Both the position numbers and the translations under genes were made by a program. From positions 12,278,001-12,342,000 of the forward strand of contig CM052832.1 in the NCBI GenBank assembly GCA_028534125.1: 64,000 nucleotides of DNA. The letters are read 5' to 3'. Under the pieces are notes generated by a model, which was not told the DNA's origin, ran no database searches, and was given only the letters and a program-made list of their open reading frames with translations. Source of the stretch: Lama glama. Taxonomy: Eukaryota. Position 1 is the first letter of the stretch; every line of letters starts with the position of its first letter. Below are positions 24,931 through 38,419 of the stretch, piece after piece.

Positions 24931-26369
24931 TTACAGGCATCAGAGGCTAGAGCAGGTGAAGCCTCAACTCAAGGAAGGTTGGTTGTTACCGGAACAGCTC
25001 TCTGGGCTGCTGACACTCCTCTCACCTTACACAGTACAACTGACTCCCCGGCTGCAAGGCTGCCCTCCCCTCCCCTGCTGCTCCCTTTTCACCTCAGTCT
25101 AGATTCTGCTTCCCTTCTCTTTTGCGAAACCGCTAGTGACAAAGAAGGGACATGGAAATCTTCCTCTAAATGTGTGATGCACATGTCTCCTCTGCCCTCT
25201 CCACAAACCTCCGTGCAGACTGTAAATGCATGGTAAGTGACAAGCTCAGTAAAGATTCTGTTGAAGATATGCTAATTTTAGAGAAACCTGATTTAAATAT
25301 ATCAAGACTACACAGGGCAGCCTGGAAAGTACTCAGTGGTTAGGGACCCCATAAAAGGGACATGGAAACTTTCCAAGGACAGCAGATAGCAACTTCTTTG
25401 CTCCTGTGGGGGCTCCTCCACAGGTACAGTTGAGGATTCTGCAAGCTTCTCTCCTAAGCAGAGGCAGCGTGTGTGCGTTTCCAAGTTTGGTCACGTACTG
25501 ACCGCATGTTGAAAAGCCCTATTTCCCTGAGACCGTCGGGCTGGGAGCTACCATGAAAGGATGAGCAGAAAAAGGAATAGGCCGGAGACGTTCTGCAAAC
25601 ACTCTGTTTTCATCCAAACTGTGCAGCATCACGTGCACTTGTTTTATGTGCTTCTTTCAAGAATGAAAAGTCTCTCTACATGCTTTCCATTTTCACCACA
25701 GTAACTCAAAAAGGTCGTTCTGAGGACCTTAAGCGTACAAGCATGCTTTTCTCTATTTTCACAAATTTGAGCTTTAAGGTCCCAGGTCCCATGACATCAG
25801 CTGTCCACTGTGGTGTGTGGAGCAGGGGGGTGAGATGGGAGGGAGGGAAGCCCTGAGAAGCTGACTTCTTGATGCTTAGTTTAAAGTTGGTTAAACACAC
25901 CTCCCCTGGAGGGAAAGGGGCTTATTCAGTGGCAGAGGAGTGTTTTAGCTGCAGACATGAGTTCAAATTTGAAGTGAGACTATGAACTATATATATAGTT
26001 AAAACCCTCCCTGAATGGACAGCCCACTCTAGGATTCTAGAGACTTCCTGTCTGGGGGGGGGGGCTGACCTCACAGCCCAGTTCCACTTCACTTGGGGTG
26101 TGAGTGGAGAGGAGGCTGAGACCTGAGGGCTTCACCAACGTTACAGTCTGGGTATTAAAAAAGACCTCATGAATGGAGCCCAGACACTTCTAAATCCAGT
26201 GGGCCCTCTGCAGTTCTCACTGACAGCATCAGGGCCAGCTGACCGACCGACTCTGTGATATCCTGTTTTCTTCGTCTCCCTTCTCTTTCTCTGATAGCCC
26301 ATCATCGACTGTCCTTTAAGTATTAGGATTATTCAGTGCTGCACCTTGTTTTTGTCTCACCCCACATAT

Positions 26370-27200
26370 TCTCTCAAGGTTTAAAATTCTAACTATATAT
26401 ACTAACAACTCTGAAATCTCTGTCTTCGCCCCAGACCTCTCTTTGGAGCTCCATGCTGCTGTATCCAATTGTCTATTTAGTATCTTGAAAACCTCAAACT
26501 TAAGCTGTCCAAAAAAGAATACCTGCTATTTCTCCACAAACCTGCTTCTCCTCCAGTGTCCCACACGCTAGGAAAACAGGGCCACCATGCAGCCAGGGGC
26601 TCACAACACAAGCTCATAGTCGTCCTTGGTAGCTTCCTCATTCTTCACATTCAATTACCAAGCCCTGTGGATCATGTTTTACAAATCAAATCCATTCTCT
26701 TCTTTCCATCTACACTGCCCCCACCTAGTCAAAGCCACCAGTGTCCCAGGCTGAGGCTACTGCAACAGCCGCCTTCCTCTAGGTGACCCCACATGAAATC
26801 CATCTTCCTCACAGCAGCCGAGGTGATTCCATCCCCCTGACCTGTGATAACTGCACTCCTTCATTTAAACTCTTGAATGGTTCCCTGAGAATTACAATAA
26901 AGTCCACCATCTCAACATGCTCCTGTCCCGCTGCCTCTTGTGCTCTTCCTGCCATTCACCCCATGTACTCCATGATCTAGACGCACTCTCCTGACTGAAG
27001 TCTTGCTTCTTATGGCCTCAGTTTCATGGCATCCTGGACTACCTCCTTCAAACACCAGTCACAATTATAATTACAGGGTCATTTGTGTAATTTTTCACTT
27101 AACTTGTTTCCCTGAAGAGATTTCATGAAAGCAAAAACCCTGCTTCTGTAACTATCAAACCTCTCCTATGCCTAGAACAGTGCACAGCTCACTCAAAGTC
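26370..27200 (+). mobile_element. L2 relic
   Basis: ccagacctctct...ctcaaacttaagctgtccaaa...aaacctgcttctcctccagtg, ending in tgcctagaacagtgc, as in L2 3' regions. Confidence 0.7.
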
Positions 27201-27224
27201 TAGTTACAAACAGACTATGTTCTC

Positions 27225-27778
27225 CACTAACCCAAACAGATCCAGGCTCCCCAATGTTCAGATAGCAGGACTATTTACAATAAATAGCCAAGTGGGTGTG
27301 TGTGTGTACACGTACACACATAGGACTATTACTCAGCCATAAAAAAGAATGAAATATTGCCATTTGCAGCAACATGGATGGACCTAGAGATTATCACATT
27401 AAGTGAAGTAAGTCAGACAGAAAAACTCATATGCTATCACTTATATGTGGAATCTAAAAATTACAAATGAATCTATATACAACAAAGACTCACAGACATA
27501 GAAAACAAACTTACGGTTATCAAAGGAGAAAGTGCGGGCAGGGAGAAACTCAGAGTGTGGGATTAACAGATACAAACTATTATACATAAAATCAATAAGC
27601 AACAAGGATTTACTGTATAGCACAGGAAACTATATTTGGTATCTTGCAATAACCTATAATGGGAAATAATCTGAAATAAATTCAATCAATCAATCATTCA
27701 ATCTGAATCACACTGCTGTATATCTGAAACTAACACAATGTTGTAAATCAACTATACCTCAATAAAATAAAAAAAAAT
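27225..27778 (+). mobile_element. Cetartiodactyl-type 5'-truncated L1 with poly(A) tail and target-site duplication
   Basis: ORF2 end (tactcagccataaaaaagaatgaaatattgccatttgcagcaacatggatggacctagag), L1 3' UTR, AATAAA plus A tail. Flanked by ctatgttctc at 27215-27224 and 27782-27791. Confidence 0.93.
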
Positions 27779-27989
27779 TGGCTATGTTCTCTGAACCTTA
27801 AGGGACAAGTAAACACCAGTAAGAGCTCACGTGGCCAGAGCCAGTGCTGTCATCTGAACCTCACATTTGTCTACTTTTCCCTGTATCCTGAAGTACTTCC
27901 CTCTCATCAATCCATACTTCCTTCCTTCCTTTGTTTTTAAGGATAAATGACCTAAGATGTACTTTTTCATATTTGTTAATTAATTCTTC

Positions 27990-28165
27990 TTTTAATAGAC
28001 AATACATGAATATAACAGAAGTTCAGTTTCTATAAAATAATATACAGCAAAAAGTAAGTCTCCCACCCCATGCTCTCAGTTACCTCCCCAGAGGCAAAGC
28101 AACCACCACTACCAGTTCTTACGTATTGTTGAGATTCTGTGCATATACAGACATTTATGTTTATC
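27990..28165 (-). mobile_element. L1ME-like 3' end fragment
   Basis: aaaagtaagtctcccacccc...ccccagaggca...accactaccagttctt resembles antisense L1ME termini. Confidence 0.55.
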
Positions 28166-28174
28166 TCCCAGAAG

Positions 28175-28700
28175 GCTATTTTTAAAACGTAAATCAGATC
28201 TTGTTGCTCCTTTGATTAAAACCCTTCAGTGGCCTCCCACTACATCAGAATAAAACTCTAACTCCTTGCAAAGGCCTCCAAGCCCCATGTGGTCCCTGCC
28301 TGCCTCTCTGCTCTCCTTGTGCACTGTGATCTGACCACACCGGCCACCCTTCTGGTCCTCAGATGTGCCCCGGTTTGTTCCTGTCCCCGGGGCCGCTGGT
28401 GTTCTCTGCGACTGCTAGGACACCTTTTTCCTAGCTCTCTGAATGAATGGCTGGCTCTCCCAGCTTTGGTCTCAGTTCAGTTTTCACCTCCTCCCCGGTG
28501 CTGGCCTCCCACCCCTCATTCTCTGCCAGTCTATTACATCATGGCACCTACTCTGATCAGAAAGCATCTTGTTTATCTGTTCCCTCATTTACTGCATCTC
28601 TCCCACAAAGAATAAAAGCACCACAAGGTTGGGGACTTGGTCAGTTTTATTCCCTGCTGTTCCTCTGGAACTCAATAAAGATTAGTAAGTAGAATGAATA
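28175..28700 (+). mobile_element. L2 (L2a-like) 3' end
   Basis: taaatcagatcttgttgctcctttgattaaaacccttcagtggcctccc...ctcaataaa...gaatgaat. Confidence 0.8.
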
Positions 28701-31700
28701 AGTAATTTGAGTCCACATTTTACTCAAAGAAAACTACTTCTACAAATAAAAGAGTGTTCACTGTTGGTAATTATGCCCCTCACCCCCACTCCTGGAGAGG
28801 ACCACCACCACACAGTCTACTTCCAACTACCTGGATGAACAGGGGTATAGCGAGCACAATCTAAAAGCTATTACTGTCTGGCTTTGGATATACTCCTTTC
28901 TTTTTTTTTTTTCTTCACAGTCACAGGTTTACTTTCCTAATACGCTTTTCTATTGCCATTATTAATATGAGCCTGCATTCACTGAGCTCAATCTGAGAGA
29001 CAACCCAGAAATGTCCAAGATGGCATTAGATCCTCTCTTGGAATTAAAACTTTGCTGTAAACTCATGATCACAAATGAGCTGAGTACAGATAATGAAGAA
29101 CTGAGCATAATCACACAGGTTCCCACTGACATTCATTTTCTACTCTACCCTAGTATTTTGGTCAATTACTCCAGATTCTGAGGAAAATTAATCCTGGGGT
29201 AACAATTCAACAGTTCAGGGCAATTTAACTGATGCAACAGAATTAACACAAAGTTGCCCCTTTAATTGGAAAGCTGGAACTCTCCCCTTCGTGGGTGAAC
29301 CTGTAACTCTGCAGTCAGGGCACAGCTCTACAGAGCACATGTCATCCTGTGCATGAATCACAAGGACACACAAACCCCATCGCATGCTGACAGGAGCCCA
29401 GAGAAGGGCATGTGAGCGTGTGGAGAGCAGTGCCTGCTGCTGCACGGCAGCTGTCCTCAATCCAGGGAGGAAGAGGCCTGCTCAGCTCCTCAGGGAGCAG
29501 ACGGGCTGCCGCTAGACTAAGCCTCCTTGACCCACAGGCAGCATCTTCAACAGCCGCAGCCACACCTGCCGCTTCTCACCCTACACCCCAAGAACAGCCC
29601 ATCTCCTGCATCACAAGCACTACCTTGGCCAATACATAACAGAAAACTTGGCCAGAGGAGAGCACCTGACACCTGTGTGGAACACTTCCCCCAGCTCCCC
29701 TGCAGCCCCAGAGTACTTTCTAGAGGACTCCCTGGAACAGGGCCTGGCTGCCTGCTGTGGAAGACAGCCATGGGGGCGGAGGTCCCCAAAGCCCAGTGTC
29801 ATCTGTCCCAGGCATCCACCAGGCTCTGTACATTTTACATGTAGAGCAGTTGGTGAGGTACCCAAAGCAAAGAGGGGCAATTCTTGTTACTCCCTCTTTC
29901 CAGCTGTGTCCCAGGCACTGTGTTGAGGTAGAGAATAGACAGTTCAGTGGCCCTACCTCTCAGCTTCACAGGTGACAACACAGAAAGAGAACACCTTTCA
30001 AACTGCAGGAGGGAGTAAGACGTGGACCCTCCCAAGCTCACAGCACCCCTGAGTAAATGCCGCACTCCCCAACCCAGCCACACCCCCACTTCTGCTCTCT
30101 TCTCATTTCTTTACATTTCTAAGCCTTTCTCTACTTTGTTTCCTTCCTCTTTCTCTCCAACACCTTTTCTTTTTTTCTTTTTTGTGCCTCAGTAACTGTG
30201 GCTGCCTTAACTCCTGCCCTGCCAGCAGAGGGCATTTCCCGGACTGCAGGCTGGAGGCAGGCCGAGTTTGTGGTGCTGAGTATCCACACCAAGCAGCCTC
30301 CATGCTGCAGCCCTCGTCTGTCCGCAAGGCCCACAGGAGACGTCATCATTCCTACTGAGCTCTGCCTAGCCCCAAACAGGGATGGGAATAGTCTGCACAA
30401 ACAAGGAGATGTGGAAAGGTGAGCAATTTCCTAGAGAAGCCAGCTGGTCCAGTGACTCCAGGCACTTTTCCAGTACATTACCGGGCAGACTCATCCACAC
30501 CCTCTTCAGTCTGTGGCCTCTGAACTCTGCTCCAGTACCTCCTGGTCAGTCTTGACTCCCCAACGTCTGCAGTGTGACAGCTCCTTTCCCACCAGTGCTC
30601 ATTCCTGCCTCACCAGCACTGGTTTCTTTTGAGTCTCTGGGTCTCGTGCCCTTCGTGGGTCCTGTCCCAGGGACCCAGCTCCTTGGCGTCATGACTTTGA
30701 GACTCAGAGGCTGAACAGTTCTGACAACGACAGGCCCTGTGTGAGAGCCAATAACCCCTGAACACCGTCCTGGGGCCCCAGTCAGTCAGCGGCCTTCTCC
30801 ATATCTGCCTTCTAAAAGGCGGCAGCGCCCCCTAAATCCCCAAATCCAAGTTCTCTTCTGGTAACACCGGCTATAAAATCAACCAACACTGCAGAGCTGT
30901 GTTGCTACTTGTCACAGTCCTGTTTTAGGCTCACTGTCGGCAACAAGGAAGCAAACTTGAAGTGGGAACGCCTGTCCCAGAGCCCGCATCTCCAGGGCCC
31001 AGGACTTGAGGAGTAAGGACTATCATGCGATCTTACCAGAACTTGGGTCTGCTTAGGTAAAAGCACTCTCCAGAGGCAGAAACAAACTTCACCGATATTG
31101 ATCTCTTCAGAGGAAAGGTGCTGTAGAAATCTCATCTAATAAATAAGGGATTCAAGCTCCAGTGCTGGGCTGTCAGTCCAGGAAGGGAAAGAAGCCATCA
31201 GGCGCAAGGAGTCGAAAGTGTTTACTGGTCATCTGCGCACTGTTTATTTTACAGAGCTCTATTCTAGGGGCTGGGTGGAGGAGAAGGAAAAAAATGAAGT
31301 CACTAGTTCCTGCCTTTAAAGACAGCTGGAGACACTCACAGAGGAAGACAGCTGAAGGACACAAGAAGCAAAGCAAGAAATCAACTGCAAATAAAATCAA
31401 TGCAATCCAGCTCTCTGTAATAAACCGGGGGCACTGGGGAGAGGTCAACTGCATCAGGTATCCTGGAGGAGGTAAGTTTTCAAGGAAAATGAGGACATGA
31501 ATTAGCACTCAGGAGAAAATGGAATTAAGTGCCACTGCGTCTCAGATTACCCAGGCGCAGTGGGGGACAAAAAGGTGGCAATGCCATGGACCCTGTCCTC
31601 CAGAAGCATCGCATCTAGATGGAGTGACAAGTGGCACATGGATCAGTGCACTGGGATGACTAACACTGTCTCAAGTGGTCACCACACAGATTTTTACCAT

Positions 31701-31869
31701 TCAGTGTTCAACAGAAAGCATCGCTGAGATGCAGAAGTGCTTAAGGAATGGCTGAGATCCATATATGGCTGAAAAAAGAGACAACTCATGCTGCAGTCAT
31801 CTCTTCACTGTTTAGGGCACCCCACGGGCCAGTCTGGGGACATAAAAAAGTGGTGGGAGTCTAGAAGCT

Positions 31870-32045
31870 CAACACACCTAGGTTCAAGTACCAGGTGCTT
31901 CCTTAATATTTGAGTTACTAACTTCAAAGCTTGAGTTTCACCTCTGTAAAAATAGAGTACCATTTGTCCAACAACGCTTTTATAAGGGTCAAATGATACA
32001 ACACAGCCGCAGGCATCCAGTACATAGCAGGCGCTCAATAAAGCC
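31870..32045 (+). mobile_element. MIR
   Basis: ctaggttcaagtaccagg...agtttcacctctgtaaaaatag...gtacatagcaggcgctcaataaa. Confidence 0.7.
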
Positions 32046-32099
32046 GTTCTTTTTTCTTTAACCAGAGGATCACAACTGCAATGGTACAGGGCTCACCAG

Positions 32100-32330
32100 T
32101 TCATTCGTTGACGCAACAAACAGTGCACACCAGGTACTGCAGTAGCTGCTGAGAGCCACAAAGAACAAAATATGGTCTCTGCCCTCCAGTGCCTGTGGTC
32201 TGGGAGGAGGGACAGACATTAGGACAGACAATTTCAGTATGTTCTGAGAACTACAGCAGCAGAGGCTAACCATAGACTCCACAGAAGAGAAGACTCTGAG
32301 CAGTCCCAGAAGATTAGCAGGTGAAAGGTT
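32100..32330 (-). mobile_element. L2 3' end relic
   Basis: ttcattcg...caacaaaca...gaacaaaatatggtctctgccctcc is the antisense L2 tail pattern. Confidence 0.55.
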
Positions 32331-34279
32331 TTGTTTAAAAAGACACCCAGATTTTGTGAGGGCCTCTGACGAGGACACCAATGGAGACAAACCCTGAGCC
32401 CAGTCTGGCGTTCCTGTGCCCTACCCTGTCCTCGATGTCCCCACACCAGTTTTTTAGTCCCTGTGAATGGACTTCCTACTGAAGGAACTGAAGTGCTGGA
32501 AAGCAAAAGCCACCACGTTCAAACATCTGCAGAGACAGCTGGCAGGAGAGGCAGATGATTTGTGACAGGTCTCTCCAAGGGCAAAGTGAGGAGAACCAGG
32601 ACATGTTACATATGGAGGCTAGTTTCAGTTCAATGGAAGAAGCACCTACTCAGTCTATGCTGCCTGCGACAAGACATGCCACACTCCCTCCAGGCTGGAC
32701 TGCCTGTCCGGACACTGCTGACGAGCTTTCTGTCAGTTCAGGGGCCGGACCAGCACCATTCAGATAACTTCTAAGTCACTTAAGTGCTTGAATTCTGTGT
32801 CAGAGAGTGACAGGTTTGTTAGGCAGGAATGAGAGAGTGGTGTGGTTATACACAGTAGGCCTGTGACCCGGTAGTCTCTGTGACCTCCCAAGAGCCCCTC
32901 TTAATTATCGCAAGATGAATCACAGGTTTTATTTATGCAAATACACCCAACCCCAAAGTCGAGTATTTAATTAAACTGTAAGCATGTCAAATAATTTTAA
33001 TTAGACCAAGAAAGCAACACAACTCTGATAGCATATATCTCTTGCCTGACTTTTCCCCCTCAACCAATGAAAATTCAAGGTAGATAAAAATATATAAAAA
33101 TAAATAATGCTAAGGTTTTCTATCTAAAATGTATTACCTCAGCCAATTATTCCACCAGGAAACCCTCAGGTTGCACATGTACCCTGGTGTCAAGAATTTA
33201 CATAGAGACTGGCCCAGATCTTCTCCCAGTCACCTGTTTGGGCCTGCTTTCCAACACTACCACAAAAGGGCTTTCCCCCTGAGAAATCAGCAGGCTCACT
33301 GGAACACCACATTTCTTTGACTTCTAATTTTTTGTCTTAAGCTATCAGTCAACACTGACAGGGTATAGGCCACATCCTCTAACAGGGGCTATGGGAAGCT
33401 ACAGAACACATGATCCTGGTTTCTGAGGATTTTAGAGTCTAGCAGGAGACAGGAGACCAGTGGAGGAAGGCATGTGTTAAACACTCAGAAGATGTAAATC
33501 TCTAAGTGAAAGAGAATGGAGTCACTTAGATCTGATACAAAATCTCTATGATATGGATGACTTTATTGGGAATTTTTAGTAATTCTATTTCGTCCTTAAA
33601 TTCCTTTTGCATTTCCTATGAAGAAATGAGCATTAAGTATATAGGCAATATATCAAACTTCAGGGTACATCAGACTTGCCTGAGCATTTTTACTTTCCAA
33701 AGAAGCACCCCCGTCTACCCAGGGACTCTGAAGTGCTGGTCTTTTTGAGAAGCACTGCTCAAGAAGGAGTCACATAAGCAGTAGGAAGGCAGTGTCTAGT
33801 AGCAGATACTTGCACACTATGTACTGATCATGAATTAGTTTTAACTACATACATTAAAGGATCCATAAAGGACACTGCTTTAGCAGTACTTTGTGAACAA
33901 TTTGTTATCAATTTTGAAAGAAAAACAATCTTAATCCTATTATTTTGATTAAATGCTAAATACTTTATTTTTTACCACAACTGGTCTAATCTGATGGCAT
34001 TTCCCTGTGAAGTGTTCATACAAGAGTCCCATGTCCTGAACAAGGTTTTGGAGGCTGAACTAAGAAAAGCTTAAAAGATTCAGGTGTGTTAATTTGAAGG
34101 AAAGACCAAGAAATTTTCTGGGTACCTCAGAATAGAGAAGCTGCATGATGGAACAGATGTCCATGGAGGGATGGGCAGGAATAAGTGATAAGAAGTTGTA
34201 GTTAGTGGGGCTGAAAGCTATGCTGAAGGGAGGGGGCACTGGGCACTGCTGTGAGCAGCCGTGTGGGTCAGAAACTCTT

Positions 34280-34465
34280 CAACAGTCCTTGAGTTTCAGA
34301 CCAAAGACTGCATGACATACCAATATTTAGCACACTGGTGTGAAATAAGGCTCGTAGCAACCTTTCTAGTCTTAGTTTCCTCATTTATTTAAAAAAAAAA
34401 ATGAATGGGGGTTGGATTAATGGTTGCCAAGGCTCCTTCTAATCCTGGTGGTATGTGATTCTATG
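34280..34465 (+). mobile_element. MIR/MIR3 fragment
   Basis: tcttagtttcctcattt...aaaatgaatgggggttggatta...aaggctccttcta...tgattctatga. Confidence 0.6.
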
Positions 34466-34899
34466 ACATATCTACCCACAAAGTTTTTGTGAGTTTGTAC
34501 TGTGGTAAGAGCATTTAATTCAAACAAGGCATTTCAAACATAGCTCACTGTGGTTTACTTTTACCACCTTGAGTGAGAATAACCAGAACAGCATCCTGGG
34601 TGTCTTGTTATGATACTGGTTTGGGAAAAAGGCGTGCCCTCAGGTCACAGGCTCTCTGCACTACAGCTAGACAGCACATTACATATGACTGTGAACAGAG
34701 GGACAGGCTTCAGCTGTAAACACGGGATGGCAAAACTCCTTACAGCACAGCTTTGTTGACCTTTTACAGAGGCCACATGGTGGCTCATCACCGGCTCTAT
34801 CATCTGTTTTGGGAGACTGTATCTGAACATTTCCTGCGTCTTCTACAATGTATTCCACAGGTAACAACTATTAAAATTTGTTGGGGTTAGGGGACAGAT

Positions 34900-36210
34900 A
34901 TGACAAATCTACAGCTACATCATACTTAACAGTAAAAGACTGAATTCTTTCTACCTAAGATCAAGGAAAAGGCAAGGAGGTCCATTCTCAACACTTCCAT
35001 TCAACATTATGCTAGAGATCCTAGCCAGTGCAATAATACAAGAAAAAGAAGTAGCAGGCATATAGATCAGAAGGAGTAAAACTGTCCTTATTTGCAGATG
35101 ACATGATCATAGATGTAGGAAACCCTAAAGAATCTATAACAAATAAATAAATTTAGTAAGGCTGCACAATAAAAGACCATATACAAAAACTGACTGCATT
35201 TTGAAGTGGCAGCAAAGAACAATCTGAAAATAAAATTTTAAAATTTTATTCACAATAGCATCAAAAAATTAAAATACTTAGGAATAAATTTAACAAAAGA
35301 TGTATACTGAAAAATATAAAACATTGCTGTAAAATTTAAGAATAATTAAATGGAGAGACATATATTCATGGTTTAGAAATATTATTAAAATGGCAATTCT
35401 GTAAATCTTTTAAAAATGAGCAAAATATGTGAAGTATAAACAGACTCTTCAGAAAAGAAGATACATGAGTGGCCAAAAGGCATATGAATACAATGCTTAA
35501 CATCACTGGTCATTAGAGAAAAGCTAACTAACACACCATAGTATAAGATAGTACCACACAACCACTAGAATAACTAATGTTAGAAAGAATGACAATACTA
35601 AATGTTGGCAAATCCTGGAGAAACTGGAAGCCTAATACACTGCTGGTGGGATTTTCTTAAAATGTTAATGACCATTCAACCTGGCAATTTCACCTCTATG
35701 TATTTACCCAAGAAATTGAAACATTATGTCCACACAAAGATTTCTGCATGAATATTTATAGCAGCTCTACTCATAATATCCCCAAAATGGCAACAACCCA
35801 AATATACGCCAACTGATAAATTGGATAAACAAACGTGGTGGTATCCCTACAATGAAATACTACTTAACGTTAAAGAGGAATGAACTACTGACACGTAAAA
35901 ACATGGATAAATCTCAAAAACAACATGCTATGTAGACATATGAGACTACATACATACTGTATGAATTCACTGATGTTAAAATTCTAGAAAAGGCAAAAAA
36001 ATTCTATCAGCAGAAGCAGGTCAGTGGTTGCCTAGGACTAGGGTAGGAGAATGTAGGGACTGACTGAAAAGGGGGCATATGGGAGCTTTCTGGGGTGATG
36101 GAAGTATTCTAAAATTTGAATTTGGTGATGGCCACACAACTTAAAAGTTACTAAAACTCACTGAATAAAACAGGTAAATTTTATGGTATGTAAATTATAC
36201 ATTTAAAAAA
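34900..36210 (+). mobile_element. Degenerate old L1M: ORF2 reverse transcriptase fragment, C-terminus and 3' UTR, with internal deletions
   Basis: tta ttt gca gat gac atg atc = LFADDMI RT motif at 35088-35108. Later caacccaaat...tggataaacaaa...caatgaaatactac and an L1MB/ME-type end ttttatggtatgtaaattatac. Multiple stops and frameshifts. Confidence 0.9.
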
Positions 36211-36397
36211 TCTGTAAAACACACACATACATACCCCTTGCTGGGCAAAGAATTAACTGAAATTATTTACTCTTAGAATTAAACCAAAAAAATTTCATTT
36301 CCTTTTGTAATAAGCCATTTTTTTCCCTCTCTATAAAGTAGTATTCTAATCTATAAAGTAGTATTCTAAACAGGGTAATCTAGCCAAATAGTCCTAA
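35991..36397 (+). repeat. Local duplication, copy A (paralogue of 57823-58197)
   Basis: Aligns by eye end to end with 57823-58197, including non-L1 flank. Confidence 0.92.
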
Positions 36398-36413
36398 TAA
36401 AATTATTGTGCTG

Positions 36414-36728
36414 GGATTTTTTAGGGCAATGAAATTATCCTGTATGATACTATAGTGGTGGCTACATGTCATATGCATTTGTCAAAACCCATAGAATGTA
36501 CATCAAGAGTGAGCCCTAATGTAAACTATGGACTTAGGTTGCTAATAACGTGCCCATGTTGCTTCACTGATTGTACCAAACATGCCACACTGATGAGGCA
36601 TGTTAAGGGTAGGAGAGTATGTATGTGTGGGCGGGGAGGGCTATGTGTGAACTCTGTATTTTCTGCTCAATTCTGCTGTGAACCTGAAACTGCTCTTAAA
36701 AAAAAAATAAAGTCGATCAAAAAAATTT
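36414..36728 (+). mobile_element. L1MC-like 3' end with target-site duplication
   Basis: catttgtcaaaacccatagaatgtaca...gagtgagccctaatgtaaactatggactt...ctgtgaacctgaaactgctctt plus A tail. Flanked by ttattgtgctg at 36403-36413 and 36729-36739. Confidence 0.85.
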
Positions 36729-38419
36729 TTATTGTGCTGCTGTTAAGACTGGACTATAAGACTGGACTATAGCAGTAGCTGCAATGTGCTATCCAGATGG
36801 AAAACGTGTCACTTCATGGGACAAGGCTCTGCTGCTTCACTTGTCAGGAGGGTATGAATGGGGACGTAACACAGGCTTCAGCAAATGTGCTCTCCCCATT
36901 TTGTCTTTTAAAAGCTTGGTCTTTTGATGCTCCATCGCTAGGGAAGGGAGCTTTTCATGTTTCCAGTCTCCCTCTCTAGCCTGACAAGTGTATGGGACAT
37001 GGTGATCTAATTTAGGGCTAAATGTATGGAGCTGGAGTTCAGTAAAGATTTGATTTGTTTTGCTCTGATACCTCAACCTACAATTTAGAGGAGGAGCAGA
37101 GAGACTAATCTGTTTGGTTTTAGACCAGAACTCTTATACATTACAGACTAAACGGGGAATATAGATAGCATACTGTTTTTAGGTAAAAGTACACTGAAAG
37201 TGGAAGGAAGAGAGTAGTAAAGGGAGTAAACTTTCTCAGAATCTGCCGCAAGATTTCCAATTACTCTTAGCTCTCACACATACAGTAACTCTCACTGAAG
37301 GTTTCTGTTTTTGTTTTTGGAAGGGTGGGCAGACACGCTCTCTTGAGCTGTAGGGTAACATACACCCCGCTGCTGCCTTAGAAGTGCTGGGAAACTTCAG
37401 CCTTTCACTGCCAGACTCAGCAGAAAAACGAGGAGCTCCTAGGGGGCTGGGCTCTTGGTCACCACACTCTCTATGTCGTACATGGCAGAGAGGGACTCTC
37501 CACTCAACGGCAGTAACGATAACTCTTAACCAGCTAAACCAATTTGTTATGATAAAGGACCAGAGTGTTTCCCTGGATGGCAGGGTTTTCAGACAGATCC
37601 AGGCTAGAACTCTGTATACAGAATAAAGCCTTTTATAGGAATATTCGCCTTCTTTGAGACACAGGACAGAATGCCAAATGTTCCTAACAGGTTTAAATCA
37701 CACTTGGAAGAGAGTTAAAATAAAGGCCTACACATGAGCTTATCTGTGGTGGTTTCTGATATTGGCAAGATGGACCGGCCTAGTAGTTTCACGTCACCTA
37801 CACACTTCATAATCACCAAGGCTCCCAGCTCACTCGATCTCAGGGCATCACTATTCATTCACTGTGCAGCACCCTGTAGTGGCAGGGATGGCTTTGACAC
37901 ATACATTCCTTTTCACTTAATGAATCAGTTCACATCCTTCCTAGATGACTCCTCTAAAAAGATTCAACAGCCTTCTGGGCTTTCCTGTGTGCTTAATTTA
38001 AAATAAAAAAAATCAAATTAGATGGTGTTGACCATACTCAAAATCAATGATAGCTTTTCATTGCAAACCAATGTCCAAATCCTACAGCCTGAAATCTGGA
38101 CTCCCTTTCTAGCATTCTCTCCTCACTCAACCCCAAGGCTCCATCAGGCTGCACAGAGGTCACCTTCAGAACACCAGCTTGGTCCAAGCATTCTGCACAT
38201 TCAAGCCCCACTCTTCCTTTAATGCTCCATTGTGGAAGCCTGTCCAGAGTCTTCCAGTTGGAATTAATCTCCCCCGCCCCGTATTCCTGTAATGTAGGGC
38301 TTGTACCTTGGTTAAAACTCATGGTAGGCTGCCCTGGATGACAATTATTTTATGCATGTGCCTCCCTTCCTCTCAGGACCAGCAAATTCCTACTCTGAAT
38401 GCATATTTAAATCACACTG

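Noticed and set aside
25905..25975. Possible tRNA-derived SINE head (A-box and B-box-like words)
   Set aside because: Too degenerate, with no tail or TSD. Cannot be told apart from a MIR relic or chance.
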